64,000 nt of DNA from an uncultured Chlamydiae bacterium (GCA_963713615.1 CAVQMM010000001.1:1600001-1664000), one strand, 5' to 3'; positions 49,633-60,432 are shown, counted from the first letter of the stretch. Program-made: numbers and translations. The notes: generated from the sequence alone by a model not told the origin.

Positions 49633-51507
49633 CTAGGCGTCTGGACCAGTGCGAATCACACCTTCCTCTAGCCAGAGAAATTCGTTATGAATCACTCGCT
49701 CGGCGATCTTATCCATGAGCTTATCATCATTATAGCTAAGGCTAGTGAATAGCTTTCTGACTCTCCTGCTAGCGACCTGACAGAAGAAATCAGCAAGATC
49801 TAAAGGCGCTTTGCTGCCGCCTTGTTTCTGGCTCTGGGATATTGCAAAAGAACAGGTCGCTGCCATAACGAAAAGATCCGTACCTATCTCCATTAGCCTT
49901 CCAAGGAGCATTTGCTTGTGCTCAAGCCCCTGGCGATATCTTGCCATATAATAAAAGATGTTTCGCGCCAGCCGCGGTGCTGTTCGTTCGATGAAGCTGA
50001 AGTGAGTCGCTAAGATCCCCATATCCTTATAGGAAGAGGTTCGCAAGGGACGAAATAGCTGCTTAAGATACCACCAAGCATACTGGCCTGTGACCTTTGG
50101 CACCTCAACCAAGAGCTTGCCAGGAGGGGTTTTTCCCGAAAGCAAAAAACCTAATTTCTTAAGATGAGGATCCATCGCCTCTCTAGCTAAAAAGAGCCTC
50201 ATGATCTCTGAGGAACCCTCTAAAATCGTGTTTATGCGACAGTCGCGAAGGACCCGTTCAATCGGATATGGGGTGTCCCCACGAGCTGCCAAAGACCTAG
50301 CCTTTTCATACCCTCGCCCTCCGCGTAGCTGCAAGGTTAGGTCTGCGATCTTCCATAACGCTTCAGTGCAGAAGAGCTTGGCCATCGCCGCTTCGATACG
50401 GATATCCGCCTTACCCTGATCAGCCCATTGGCTTGTCAGCCAAGTGACTGCTTCCATAGCAAAGGTCGTCGAAGCTATATAGGCAATCTTCTCGCGTCCC
50501 GCTTCATGAAGGCCTATAGGCATACCCCACTGAACGCGTTCAGTGCCCCATTGACGTGCCATGTGTAAACACTGCTTAGCGCCCCCTGTACAAGCTGCTG
50601 GAAGAGTTAACCTACCTACATTGATCGTAGCAAGGGCTATGGCAAGGCCACGTCCCTCGTCGCCTAAACGGTTCTCCACTGGAATCTTGACGTTGTTAAA
50701 CTTAAGTAATCCGTTATAGATACCACCTAGGCCCATAAACTCACAGCGATGCGCGACGGAAACTCCTGGGGTGTCCATCTCCACGATAAAGGCGGTGATC
50801 TGTTGCTTTTCTTTGCCTTTTACTGTCTTGGGAGCTGTCTTTGCTACCACAATAATGACATTGGCAATGGTGCCATTGGTGCACCACAGCTTCTCTCCGT
50901 TCAGAATATAGTGCGTTCCATCCCCAGATAATTTGGCCTCGGAGGACATTCTAGCGGGGTCAGAGCCAACATTAGGCTCGGTTAGCGCAAAGGCAGAAAT
51001 AGCCCCTTTACGAAAGCGAGGCATAAACTTTCTCTTCTGTTCTTCAGTACCGTACAAACGCAGGGGCTGCGGTACTCCAATGGACTGATGTGCAGAAATC
51101 AGTACTGCCGTCGAGCCACAGTAGGAAGCTACCTTCATGATCACACGGTTATAGTTCGTTTGTGAAAATCCTAAACCATCGTATTCCTTAGGTACCTTCA
51201 TGGCAAACATGCCTAGCTTACCCATTTCCGCGATGAACGACTTAGGGATCTCTCGGGTAACATCAACTTCGTCCGCATCAAGTTGAGTGGTAAGCAGCCG
51301 CGAAACATCTTCGATAAAGGTATCACAACTTTTTTTGTCCGCTGCATCCTGTTCGGGAAACGGAAAAAGCATGTCGGAGTTAAAGTTTCCCATGAAGAGT
51401 TGCCCACCAAAGCTGGGAAGACGGTAGTCCTTATCTCGAGCTTCTTCAGCAACTTCCATTGCTTGACCATGACCGGGAGCCTTTTTGTCCACCAAATAAT
51501 CGTCCAT
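49633..51507 (-). CDS. Acyl-CoA dehydrogenase (VLCAD/FadE10-like)
   Basis: SAHQSIG, AFALTEPNVGSD, LNGEKLWCTNG, GGRGYE, RDCRINTILEGSSEI. Confidence 0.93.
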   Translation of the reverse strand: MDDYLVDKKAPGHGQAMEVAEEARDKDYRLPSFGGQLFMGNFNSDMLFPFPEQDAADKKSCDTFIEDVSRLLTTQLDADEVDVTREIPKSFIAEMGKLGMFAMKVPKEYDGLGFSQTNYNRVIMKVASYCGSTAVLISAHQSIGVPQPLRLYGTEEQKRKFMPRFRKGAISAFALTEPNVGSDPARMSSEAKLSGDGTHYILNGEKLWCTNGTIANVIIVVAKTAPKTVKGKEKQQITAFIVEMDTPGVSVAHRCEFMGLGGIYNGLLKFNNVKIPVENRLGDEGRGLAIALATINVGRLTLPAACTGGAKQCLHMARQWGTERVQWGMPIGLHEAGREKIAYIASTTFAMEAVTWLTSQWADQGKADIRIEAAMAKLFCTEALWKIADLTLQLRGGRGYEKARSLAARGDTPYPIERVLRDCRINTILEGSSEIMRLFLAREAMDPHLKKLGFLLSGKTPPGKLLVEVPKVTGQYAWWYLKQLFRPLRTSSYKDMGILATHFSFIERTAPRLARNIFYYMARYRQGLEHKQMLLGRLMEIGTDLFVMAATCSFAISQSQKQGGSKAPLDLADFFCQVASRRVRKLFTSLSYNDDKLMDKIAERVIHNEFLWLEEGVIRTGPDA

Positions 51508-51647
51508 AAGTTAACCCCCTAAGGTAACAAGTCTGTAAGGTCATTCAAAATAAGGCTTACTTTATTTGCAAAGCAAATAACGCGTAGTCTTGCTAAAATT
51601 GGGTTATATCACGCGTGGTATAGGATGAGTTTCACCGTGGAGGAGAT

Positions 51648-52373
51648 ATGTCGCAAATAGCGCTTGTTACGGGAGCCTATCGAGGCCTCGGTTTAGAAAC
51701 CTGTAAACAACTGGCGAGGCGTGGCCTAACGGTACTCTTGTCGGCCAGAAAACCCGATGTCGGCGAACCTCTAGCAGCAAAGCTTCGCGCCGAGGGGCTA
51801 GATGTCCACTTCCTGCCGTTGGATGTGAGCAACCCCAGTTCCCTAATGTCTGCCTACCATACCGTTCATGAACGCTGGAAACGCCTGGATGTCTTGGTTA
51901 ACAATGCTGCTATCCTGGAACCGATTAACTTTTTACCAATAGATGCTAATCGTACGGAAGCTCAGGTCGTTCAACAAAAACAAAGTTTTAGCCGCACCTT
52001 TGAAACCAATGTCATCGGTGTCTTTCAACTTTGCGACCTCTTTCTACCTCTCATGCTAGCACGTGGTTATGGGCGCATCGTGAATGTTAGCAGCTTGATG
52101 GGACAATTGACCTCGATGGGTACTGATCACCCCGCTTATCGCCTCTCAAAAGTCGCCCTTAATGCTGCAACGGTGATGTTTGCTTTAAAAGCCCAGGGGG
52201 CTGATGTTTTAGTGAATGCGGTCTCCCCTGGATGGGTACGCACAGAAATGGGAGGACCCCTCGCACCTCGCTCACAGGAAGAAGGTGCCAATGGAATCGT
52301 GTGGGCGGCCACTCTCCCTAAAAATGGTCCTAATGGTCAGTTCTTTCAAGACCAAAGCGAGCAAGAGTGGTAG
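51648..52373 (+). CDS. SDR family oxidoreductase (carbonyl reductase-like)
   Basis: ALVTGAYRGLG, NNAA, YRLSK, VSPGWVRTEMGG. Confidence 0.93.
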   Translation: MSQIALVTGAYRGLGLETCKQLARRGLTVLLSARKPDVGEPLAAKLRAEGLDVHFLPLDVSNPSSLMSAYHTVHERWKRLDVLVNNAAILEPINFLPIDANRTEAQVVQQKQSFSRTFETNVIGVFQLCDLFLPLMLARGYGRIVNVSSLMGQLTSMGTDHPAYRLSKVALNAATVMFALKAQGADVLVNAVSPGWVRTEMGGPLAPRSQEEGANGIVWAATLPKNGPNGQFFQDQSEQEW

Positions 52374-52797
52374 GATCCGCGTGGTATAACATTCCACGCG
52401 CGATTTGCGCAAAATCTTCTTGGCTAATATTGAAACAACCTCGACGAAACGGAAATCCCCAGCGTTGTTTGTCTTTGATAAAAGATAGGCTCTCTATAAG
52501 CGGTTCGATTGAAACCTCTTCGGCCGGCAAAAAGCTAATATCCCGTCGCCAAGGGACAAAGTCTTCGTGCATTCGAAAGGAGTAGGCATTACTACCTGTC
52601 ACCGTTCCAATAGCAGTAAAGCGACGACAAGGTATCTTCCCTCCAAACTGCTCTGTTGGAGAGTAATAAACAATCCAATCGTCCACAGACATCCGGTCCA
52701 AAGGCCCTTTTTTGCCATGACATACCTGACAAAAGCCCCCAGCAACTCCACCAAGAACATGTTCGCGACTAGCGACACCAATCCAACATTTGCTCAT
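52330..52797 (-). CDS. EVE domain protein (UPF0310-like)
   Basis: WIGVASREHV...QVCHGKKGPL...YYSP...FTAIG...WGFPFRRG. Confidence 0.9.
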   Translation of the reverse strand: MSKCWIGVASREHVLGGVAGGFCQVCHGKKGPLDRMSVDDWIVYYSPTEQFGGKIPCRRFTAIGTVTGSNAYSFRMHEDFVPWRRDISFLPAEEVSIEPLIESLSFIKDKQRWGFPFRRGCFNISQEDFAQIARGMLYHADPTTLARFGLERTDH

Positions 52798-52836
52798 CTA
52801 TCCATTCTCCATAATATGCACGAGTGATTTATGAAT

Positions 52837-52876
52837 TTATACGTATAATCATATTACGTATACGTATTATCGGCAA
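52837..52876 (-). promoter_or_regulatory. Putative promoter of the EVE gene with TACGTA palindromic operators
   Basis: TTGCCG-17 nt-TATGAT on the minus strand. Palindromes TTATACGTATAA (52837-52848) and TACGTATACGTA (52855-52866). Confidence 0.5.
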
Positions 52877-52942
52877 GCGCAAAAATTGTGAAAGTTTTTT
52901 TTTACCACAGAGATCCCTCTGTGATCTCTGTGGTTAAAATTC

Positions 52943-53971
52943 CTACTCCTCTCCCAGGGTCACAACAACCTTACCGATGTGTTTTTGCGCTTCCAGATGG
53001 CGATAAGCCTCGGAGGCTTGTAGAAAAGGAAAGACCTTATCCACGGCAGGTCGCAGCTTCGTTGTCGCTACAGCACGCATCAAGGCCCTTAGTTCTTCCG
53101 TCGATTCCATGAAGGTCCCTCGAACCTGCACTTGGTGAACCAGCAGATCACGTACACTTAAAGAACATTCTTTCCCGGCGAGCACTCCTATAGCGGCTAC
53201 ACGAGCTCCATAGGTACATATTTGCACCGATTTGGCCAAAGTCTCGCCCCCAACAACGTCCACAACTACATCTACCCCACGCCCTTGAGTAATGTCCTTG
53301 ACCTGTTTATGCCAGTCAGGGTTGCGATAATTGACTGTAGCGGTAACTCCGAAGTTCTTTTTTACGAAGTTTGCCTTATCATCACTTGAAGTGGTCATAA
53401 TCGTATTGGCACCCAGCGAACGCGCTAGTTGTGCAGCAAAGATCGATACCCCTCCAGTGCCTTGTAGAAGTACCCATTCCCCCGGACGGGTCTTACCATG
53501 GGTCACCACAGCCGCCCAAGCGGTCAGACCAGCTATCGTAAAAGTGGAAGCTTCGGCAAAACTAAGGTGTTCAGGAACGTTAACCAAAGCATCTGCTGGA
53601 TAGACAATCTGCTCCGATAAAACTCCATCGAGACCTGAGCCACCAACAAACGTACGCGCCCAGCTGGAGCGCAGGGTTCCTGCAGGCCAATGACGAAAGG
53701 GAGCATTCAAGACACGATCACCTGGTTTAAGATCGGTCACCCCTGACCCAACACTCAATACGACACCTGCCATATCCGATAGAGGAACAAAAGGAGGGTA
53801 ACCTCCAGATTTGTATTGATATTGCCCCTTGGCGACCATGAGATCGCGATAATTCAAGGAGCAGGCTTTTACTTGAACCAGAACATCTTGTTCGTTGAGG
53901 GGCCCTGGAAAAGGCTTCTCTACAATTTTGAGAGCATCGATACCTTGACCATCAACCAAATAACATTTCAT
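52943..53971 (-). CDS. NAD(P)-dependent MDR alcohol dehydrogenase/quinone reductase
   Basis: SLNYRDL, PLSDMAG, AGLTAW, QGTGGVS, GKVVV. Start taken as MKCYLV. Confidence 0.9.
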   Translation of the reverse strand: MKCYLVDGQGIDALKIVEKPFPGPLNEQDVLVQVKACSLNYRDLMVAKGQYQYKSGGYPPFVPLSDMAGVVLSVGSGVTDLKPGDRVLNAPFRHWPAGTLRSSWARTFVGGSGLDGVLSEQIVYPADALVNVPEHLSFAEASTFTIAGLTAWAAVVTHGKTRPGEWVLLQGTGGVSIFAAQLARSLGANTIMTTSSDDKANFVKKNFGVTATVNYRNPDWHKQVKDITQGRGVDVVVDVVGGETLAKSVQICTYGARVAAIGVLAGKECSLSVRDLLVHQVQVRGTFMESTEELRALMRAVATTKLRPAVDKVFPFLQASEAYRHLEAQKHIGKVVVTLGEE

Positions 53972-54113
53972 AGAATAACCTCCACAAAACAGTTTAACGA
54001 GATTTTGAGGCAAGGTTTAGAAAACGTCAAATGCAATGTTGACAAATAGACCATAATTAATGAATAGATATAGCTATGTCGGTCATAACCACAGAAAATA
54101 CTTAGGAGGAATT

Positions 54114-54254
54114 ATGATTCACCCATTAGCTAGCCCCATTATTTCCCTGTTAGCTGGTATCCTAATTTTGATCTTTCCCTCTATTCTAAACTATATCATC
54201 GCTATTTATCTTATCGCCGTAGGCATCTTGGGAATCGCCCATGTAGCTTCTTAG
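54114..54254 (+). CDS. DUF3096-like small membrane protein
   Basis: RBS GGAGG, then PIISLLAGILILIFPSILNYIIAIYLIAVGILG. Confidence 0.8.
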   Translation: MIHPLASPIISLLAGILILIFPSILNYIIAIYLIAVGILGIAHVAS

Positions 54255-54325
54255 ACTTCTGTCTGGACAGACTTTCCTAGTCAGTATAATTTAGACAACA
54301 TGAATATTCGTTCCATGGAATACAT

Positions 54326-54688
54326 ATGAGTCTAGAGATCAGGAAAGCGCTGCAAGATGAAATCGAATGGATAAATACCAAATATGATGAAATTGGGTTT
54401 ATCCATTCCCAGTTCGATAATGAGGTCATTGCCGTTGCCGTGCTCCACAACGACGATGAAGCTATCCGTGTAGGTATTGGCCGGTTAGTTACTATTGATG
54501 ATAAAACTCTAGAGCTAGGCGGCATTTACGTCTTCGATAGGTACCAGGGGCAGGGAATTGCCGGAAAGCTTGTCAAATTTTTGCTTACCCACCCAGAGAC
54601 AAATCAACTCACCCCATTCTTAAGCAGTGGCTGTTGGAGAATAGACTCGTCTCCATATGTCCCGAAGTGCAGGGGGGGAGCCACATAG
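54326..54688 (+). CDS. GNAT acetyltransferase (probably C-terminally truncated)
   Basis: GIGRLV...ELGGIYVFDRYQGQGIAGKLV; the sequence after ~54600 loses the GNAT pattern. Confidence 0.65.
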   Translation: MSLEIRKALQDEIEWINTKYDEIGFIHSQFDNEVIAVAVLHNDDEAIRVGIGRLVTIDDKTLELGGIYVFDRYQGQGIAGKLVKFLLTHPETNQLTPFLSSGCWRIDSSPYVPKCRGGAT

Positions 54689-54706
54689 GCCTCAACCTAA
54701 GCCTAA

Positions 54707-54931
54707 CAATCGTATCTCGGCGCGCAGCGCTTTGGAGTGCGGTCGCTTGCGACCGCTTTGGGTTCCTCGCGACGGTCGTGTGCAACGGCATCACTATAAT
54801 TCCCTAAGGGTAAAATAGTTAGTACATGCAGCCTTCGACGAATCCATACAATGCCGTTTAGCATTGCCGTCGCAACGAAAAGTGGTCGCAAGCGACCGCT
54901 CTCCAAAGCGCTGCGCGCCGAGATACGATTG
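54707..54931. repeat. REPIN-like element (TGGAGTGCGGTCGCTTGCGACCGCTTT REP pair)
   Basis: Arms CAATCGTATCTCGGCGCGCAGCGCTTTGGAG / CTCCAAAGCGCTGCGCGCCGAGATACGATTG. Confidence 0.85.
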
Positions 54932-54975
54932 TGAGGTCCTAAGACATTGAAATATAAGCTCAAAAGACCTGTTAG

Positions 54976-55353
54976 GTTGAGGCCTATGGGGGGGCCATGG
55001 TGCCACGAGCTCCTGCAGAAATCATCGGCATTGGAGGTGGGAAGGCTGTCTTGGAAAATCAAGCCTGTGTCAAAAACAATGTGGGCGATGATGAAACTTC
55101 GCTTTTCATTCAAGGCGCTCACATGGCCCTGGCAATGGCAAAAAAGCATGAAATACAGATGGCTGTCCTTAAAGAACGCAGCCCTTCATGCGGCAGCACT
55201 ACTATTTATGACGGAACCTTTACAGGAAAGACGCTAATAGACGTGGGAGTGACTGCTGCACTCCTCATACAAAACGGCGTCATCGTTTTTAATGAACATC
55301 AACTCAATGAAGCCCTCGCCTATCTCTGTAGAATAGAGGCCCACAAGGGCTAG
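54976..55353 (+). pseudogene. DUF523 (2-thiouracil desulfurase-like) gene lacking its N-terminus
   Basis: EAYGGAMVPRAPAEI...LKERSPSCG...GVTAALL. The N-terminal 'VSACL..CRY' part is missing and an in-frame stop lies just upstream. Confidence 0.7.
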
Positions 55354-55829
55354 TGCTTGCCGGCAAATAACTCTTGAGCTCGAGTCTTGACTTCGCTGTC
55401 GCTTAAAATTTCTGTCTGCGTAGCAAGCGACCAAATATGGCCAAATGGATCTACAAGCTGACCATAGCGGGCACCCCAAAAAGTGTCGCTAACAGGCATT
55501 TTCTCCGTAGCGCCAGCCTGCAAAGCCTGCTTAAATAACTTATCGACATCTTCAACGTAAAGATGAATCGCTACAGTTGTCCCCTTGAGGGTAGACGGAG
55601 CAGCCATGCCACATGCCGACCCTGGAAACTCATCAGATACCATAATCATCGAATCGCCAATTTTAAGCTGTGCGTACACCACCTTACCGTCAGGCAGGTC
55701 GTGCAAAGTCAGCAAATGGGCATTGAAAGCCTTCTTATAAAACTCCAGTGCTTGAGCAGCTCCGTTAACGGTCAAATAAGGTGTCACTGTGTGGCAGCCT
55801 TCTGGAATGGGATTCACTTTCTTGGACAT
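55350..55829 (-). CDS. VOC/PhnB-family glyoxalase-like protein
   Basis: TVTPYL, FYKKAF, FWGARYGQLVDPFGHIW. Confidence 0.92.
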   Translation of the reverse strand: MSKKVNPIPEGCHTVTPYLTVNGAAQALEFYKKAFNAHLLTLHDLPDGKVVYAQLKIGDSMIMVSDEFPGSACGMAAPSTLKGTTVAIHLYVEDVDKLFKQALQAGATEKMPVSDTFWGARYGQLVDPFGHIWSLATQTEILSDSEVKTRAQELFAGKH

Positions 55830-55898
55830 TCTAACTCCTCGAATGCGTTTTAAAGACCGTCAAATGTACCACGAAATCTACCTGATTGTCTCCAATTT

Positions 55899-56738
55899 CT
55901 AGTCTGTGCCTGTACACACCTGACATTTAGGACAGAGGTGCGTGCCACGCTGTGCTACGGTGATCTTGATGATCGTCGTCCCACAACGAGGACAGGGCTC
56001 TCCATCGCGACGAAAGACGTTTAGGCTATCTTGATTACCCCCTCGCCGTCCGCTCACACTAAAATAATTAGCCCTTTTAGCCCCCAGGCTGGTGCCAGTA
56101 TTCTCCACACCCTTACGAAGAACCTTTATAATAGCTCGATGTAACGATTCGATCTCCTTTGCCACAAGCTCGCTAGAGCGTCGATTGGGATGAATCTTTG
56201 CCTCCCACAAGGCCTCGTCAACATAAATATTACCTAACCCACTAACATAGCTTTGGTTAAGCAAAAAAGGTTTTATTTTAACTTGATGACTTCTTAGTAA
56301 ATCCTCAAAAGCTCGCAAGGTAAATTCATCGGAGAGTGGCTCTAAACCAAGATGAGACAAATAGGCCTCATCAGGCCGATAAAGATACCACTTACCAAAC
56401 TTTCGTTGGTCTTCATAACGTAAGATACGCCCATCACTAAGATGAAGACGCACGCGCTCATGCGGGTGAACGTCCTCCTCCTCTGACGAGATGAGAAACT
56501 TGCCAGTCATGCGCAAATGCACCAGAAGAACATGATGTGTGAGAGAAAAAACGATGAACTTGCCTCTGCGTCCGATTTGTTCAATCGTTTCAGAAGCAAT
56601 TTGTAAACAGAAGGTTGTAGGGTCAGAAGTCGCAATACTCCTCGGCCAAAAGACCCATGCTTTATCTATCTTTACCTTCTCCAGGGCTGCTTCGCGCATT
56701 TCGCGGACAATTGTCTCGACCTCAGGTAGTTCGGGCAT
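55899..56738 (-). CDS. mutM: Formamidopyrimidine-DNA glycosylase
   Basis: MPELPEVET, RRGKF, HLRMTG, GLGNIYVDE, C-terminal Zn finger. Confidence 0.97.
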   Translation of the reverse strand: MPELPEVETIVREMREAALEKVKIDKAWVFWPRSIATSDPTTFCLQIASETIEQIGRRGKFIVFSLTHHVLLVHLRMTGKFLISSEEEDVHPHERVRLHLSDGRILRYEDQRKFGKWYLYRPDEAYLSHLGLEPLSDEFTLRAFEDLLRSHQVKIKPFLLNQSYVSGLGNIYVDEALWEAKIHPNRRSSELVAKEIESLHRAIIKVLRKGVENTGTSLGAKRANYFSVSGRRGGNQDSLNVFRRDGEPCPRCGTTIIKITVAQRGTHLCPKCQVCTGTD

Positions 56739-56833
56739 AAGTACTCAATTACTTCCCAGTGGGGTGCATTTGCTTAATAATGTGAGCATAATATACACCA
56801 AAAATTAAATACCCGCATGCAAGGAGTGTTCCC

Positions 56834-57889
56834 ATGAGTCGTATAATGCTGTGTTTTATCGGCCTCTTAGCCTTCTTGTCTAATGGTTCACTAGTGGCTG
56901 CCCCTCAAGATGAGCAATTGAAAAGCGATTCCAATACTACTCTGATAGCACATGGAGGTGGAGGTGGTCATGGTGGCTGGGGCGGAGGCGGTCATGGTGG
57001 CTGGGGCGGTGGCTGGGGCGGTGGCTGGGGCGGGCACGGTTATGGGGGTTATGGAGGTTATGATGGGGATTATTACCCCTATTATCAGGAGGACTACCAA
57101 CCGGAATATCAAGAATCCCCCATAATCATTACGAGAAATCCCACTGTTACCCTAACCATCGACACTCCCACTGTTCAGGTCGGAGATAGAGTCTATGCAC
57201 ATGTCAATGGTTCTGGACAGGGACCCCTCACCGTTTTGTGGCATACCGGTAGTCACGCCAAGTGGCGTGAGGGAGGCAAAGCAATCTCCTTCACTGCCAG
57301 ACAACCGGGTACGATTGTTATCTCTGCAGTGATCGAGGACGATAATGGTCTATACTCGCAACCGCAAAGTAGCACTGTTACGGTCTTGAATGCTCCAAAC
57401 TTCTCTCAATCGCTTAACCCACCAGTGCAAGGTCAAGGGAATTCCCAACAGCAGCTTCCCTTTGGCAAGGGACGTAGAAATCGCGTCAGTGGTGGTTACT
57501 ATGGTGGCTACTATTTAAATCCTGCTGACGGATACTATGAGGAAGCTCCCGGAGTGATCCCTGGATACATGGCCATTCAAGCAAGACCCAATAAGCTTGC
57601 TGGATGCTATGATACAACCTTCGGCACACTGCGGTTAGCAGTCAATGGGACTACAGTGACCGGCTCCTATGACTACATCCCTGGAAGTACGCTTACTGGC
57701 CAGCTTAAGGATAATATTTTGGTTGGAACTTGGGAATCACCCGCTTCAGGCACAAGTCCGGAATCCCATGGACCCTTTCAGTTTGCTTTTACAGAGAATT
57801 GGATCTCATTTACTGGTGTCTGGGGCGATCAAGGACAGGAACCGTTATCTCAAATTTGGAATGGTAACCGAATACACTGTCCTAAATAG
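56834..57889 (+). CDS. Secreted protein with a Gly/Trp/Tyr-rich tract, an Ig/PKD-like domain and a C-terminal beta domain
   Basis: Signal peptide, GGWGGG repeats and beta-rich domains. Confidence 0.75.
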   Translation: MSRIMLCFIGLLAFLSNGSLVAAPQDEQLKSDSNTTLIAHGGGGGHGGWGGGGHGGWGGGWGGGWGGHGYGGYGGYDGDYYPYYQEDYQPEYQESPIIITRNPTVTLTIDTPTVQVGDRVYAHVNGSGQGPLTVLWHTGSHAKWREGGKAISFTARQPGTIVISAVIEDDNGLYSQPQSSTVTVLNAPNFSQSLNPPVQGQGNSQQQLPFGKGRRNRVSGGYYGGYYLNPADGYYEEAPGVIPGYMAIQARPNKLAGCYDTTFGTLRLAVNGTTVTGSYDYIPGSTLTGQLKDNILVGTWESPASGTSPESHGPFQFAFTENWISFTGVWGDQGQEPLSQIWNGNRIHCPK

Positions 57890-57901
57890 CTGGTACAGAG
57901 G

Positions 57902-59368
57902 GTGACTATGGGGACTTTGACCTACGATTTAGCTTTGCTGGCCAAGCAGGTGATGAAGGAAAGAGGCCTCGAACCCAAGTTCTCTGAAGGGGTTCTACAA
58001 CAGCTTAGTACTATCAACGCACCCGCTAAAGAACCTCCTAACTGTCAAGACCTGAGGCAACTCCTGTGGTGCTCTATTGATAACGATGATTCGCGCGACC
58101 TGGACCAATTGACCTTTGCGCAAAAGGATGCAAATGGAAAAACGACGATCTGGATCGCCGTAGCGGCAGTATCAGCATTAGTCCAAAGGAATACTCCGGT
58201 CGACAATCATGCGCAAATCAATACGACATCAGTCTATACTCCGGCAGAGATCTTCCCCATGCTGCCCGAAAGGCTTTCTACTGATCTCACCTCTCTAAAC
58301 GAGGGACAAGATCGATTGGCTCTCGTTACGAAAGCTACTATTAGCGCTGATGGCACCATTGCAGAGGGCAATCTCTTTCAAGCCATGGTGCATAACTATG
58401 CCAAGCTAACCTATAATGAGGTTGGGAGTTGGTTAGAGGGTACTAAAGCCATCCCTGAAAAGGTTCGAGCTGTATCCGGATTGGAGCAGGCCCTAAGATG
58501 CCAGAGTGACGTGGCACAGCTTTTGAAGACAAAGCGACATTCTATGGGAGCGCTAACCCTGACCTCCTCCGATGTGGAAGGTAAGGTCTCCTCTAACCAA
58601 GAAATCACACTTACCTTACCACGTCCAAATTATGCCAGTGAGCTCATTGAACACTTTATGATCGCTGCAAATTCAGTGATGGCAAGCCAACTCAAGAAAC
58701 TTAAATTGCCGAGTCTACGCCGTGTTGTTAAGGTCCCTAAACGATGGGACCGCATCATAGATGTGGCTGCAAACCTAGGAACAACGTTACCGCAAACGCC
58801 CGATGCAAAGGCTCTGGATCAGTTCCTAACTGCGCGAAAAAATGCCGATCCCGATTCATTTCCGGATCTATCCCTCACAATCATTAAGCTGCTTGGTAGA
58901 GGTGAATATATCGTAGAAACTTCTGAAGATAAGCCAACAGGGCATTTTGGTCTGGCGTTGTCGGAGTATACGCATTCTACGGCACCCAATCGACGTTTCC
59001 CAGACCTGATCACTCAACGGCAATATCGAGCATATCTGTCGCAAGAAAAGAGCCCATACAGCCTTAAAGAGCTTAGTGCCTTAGCAACGCATTGTACCGA
59101 TCAAGAAGATGCTGCCAACAAGGTAGAAAGACATCTCACTAAATCGGCGGCGGCGATGTATCTGACTCCCCAGATTGGTACTGCCTTTAAAGGCATCGTC
59201 ACTGGAGCTTCTGACAAAGGCACCTGGGTACGCATTTTTGATCCTCCAGTCGAAGGCAAGGTCGTCAAAGACTTTCAAGGATTAGATGTGGGCGATCGCG
59301 TCACCGTTAAGCTTATTCATGTCGACATCCGGCAGGGCTTTATTGATTTTGTTACTGTAAGAAAATAA
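57902..59368 (+). CDS. RNB-domain exoribonuclease (RNase II/R family)
   Basis: SIDNDDSRDLDQ, LIEHFMIAAN, HFGLAL..YTHSTAPNRRFPDL, C-terminal S1-like domain. Confidence 0.93.
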   Translation: MTMGTLTYDLALLAKQVMKERGLEPKFSEGVLQQLSTINAPAKEPPNCQDLRQLLWCSIDNDDSRDLDQLTFAQKDANGKTTIWIAVAAVSALVQRNTPVDNHAQINTTSVYTPAEIFPMLPERLSTDLTSLNEGQDRLALVTKATISADGTIAEGNLFQAMVHNYAKLTYNEVGSWLEGTKAIPEKVRAVSGLEQALRCQSDVAQLLKTKRHSMGALTLTSSDVEGKVSSNQEITLTLPRPNYASELIEHFMIAANSVMASQLKKLKLPSLRRVVKVPKRWDRIIDVAANLGTTLPQTPDAKALDQFLTARKNADPDSFPDLSLTIIKLLGRGEYIVETSEDKPTGHFGLALSEYTHSTAPNRRFPDLITQRQYRAYLSQEKSPYSLKELSALATHCTDQEDAANKVERHLTKSAAAMYLTPQIGTAFKGIVTGASDKGTWVRIFDPPVEGKVVKDFQGLDVGDRVTVKLIHVDIRQGFIDFVTVRK

Positions 59369-59437
59369 ACTTGATACCTGCAAATAAGGCTTTGAGCTAG
59401 AATAAAGAAAATGCACACCATAGAGTAAGGAGGATGT

Positions 59438-60397
59438 GTGAACCGATTGTTGCTTAGTGCCGCTTTGCTTGTCCTGGAAGGGACGCTAACGGCTGCTGTC
59501 CAGCCCGCCGATAACCAACAGAATACCCAGAAACCAGCAGTCAGTACACCACCTGCCGAGATTCAGCCGGCTGCTCCAAAAGATCAGGTGGCCGGTCCCC
59601 AATGGGTCAAGCAGATTGATCAAGACCTAAAAGAAGGCCGCTATTCCCAATTTCTAACCATGGAAGAGGAATGGTACCAAAAAGGCGCCCAAAAGAATCA
59701 GTGGAAGCCTCTTGCGGAAGGTGACCAGCAGCTAACCCAAAAATACAATACTCCAGAAGGCAAAAAGCTCTTCGATGAAATCACCGGTAAGGTTGATCAA
59801 TTCGAAGACGAGCTACAAACCTTGAAAAAGAACAGAGATACAGCTCTGGCCAAGGTAGCACAGGACTATCCTAAAGAACCCATCTCGCGCTTCATTCAAG
59901 ATCGTTTAAAAGTAGCTGATCTCACCAAAGAACAGCGTCAGGCTCTGCGAACTTTTGATGAATGGATGTCTCCCTTCCCGCTGCACGCAGATACTCCCTT
60001 GCTGAAACAACTCAAGGCCATCGCATTCGAGTACAGAGTGAAGGAAATCCTTCTCGGAGCAGCCTACCAACAGGGTGGCCAGAAGAATCCTGAACTTCCA
60101 GACTTTGGCCCATTGGATGAACAAAAAGTTCAGCAATACCAGATTGCGCTTACCCTTGAAAAGCTCAATAAAATGCTTGCTGTGGCGCAAAAGTCCAATG
60201 AAAAAGACCTCATCAACAACCTAACGCTGGTTGCTGCGGCTTATCCTACTTTGATAGCAGAAATTCATGATGCCCTTCTCATCGAATCTTTGGCAAAGCC
60301 GGCTCAGACAGAAGCCCAGAAGAAAGTCGCAGACATCCTCGATGCTTTCAATGCCAAGAGACAAGAGCTTCTCCAAAAATATGGGATGGGCGGATAA
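59438..60397 (+). CDS. Secreted helical hypothetical protein
   Basis: RBS AAGGAGG, signal peptide, 319 aa. Confidence 0.8.
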   Translation: MNRLLLSAALLVLEGTLTAAVQPADNQQNTQKPAVSTPPAEIQPAAPKDQVAGPQWVKQIDQDLKEGRYSQFLTMEEEWYQKGAQKNQWKPLAEGDQQLTQKYNTPEGKKLFDEITGKVDQFEDELQTLKKNRDTALAKVAQDYPKEPISRFIQDRLKVADLTKEQRQALRTFDEWMSPFPLHADTPLLKQLKAIAFEYRVKEILLGAAYQQGGQKNPELPDFGPLDEQKVQQYQIALTLEKLNKMLAVAQKSNEKDLINNLTLVAAAYPTLIAEIHDALLIESLAKPAQTEAQKKVADILDAFNAKRQELLQKYGMGG

Positions 60398-60432
60398 AGA
60401 ACCATAGCATTGTTTTTTATCGCGATGACATA

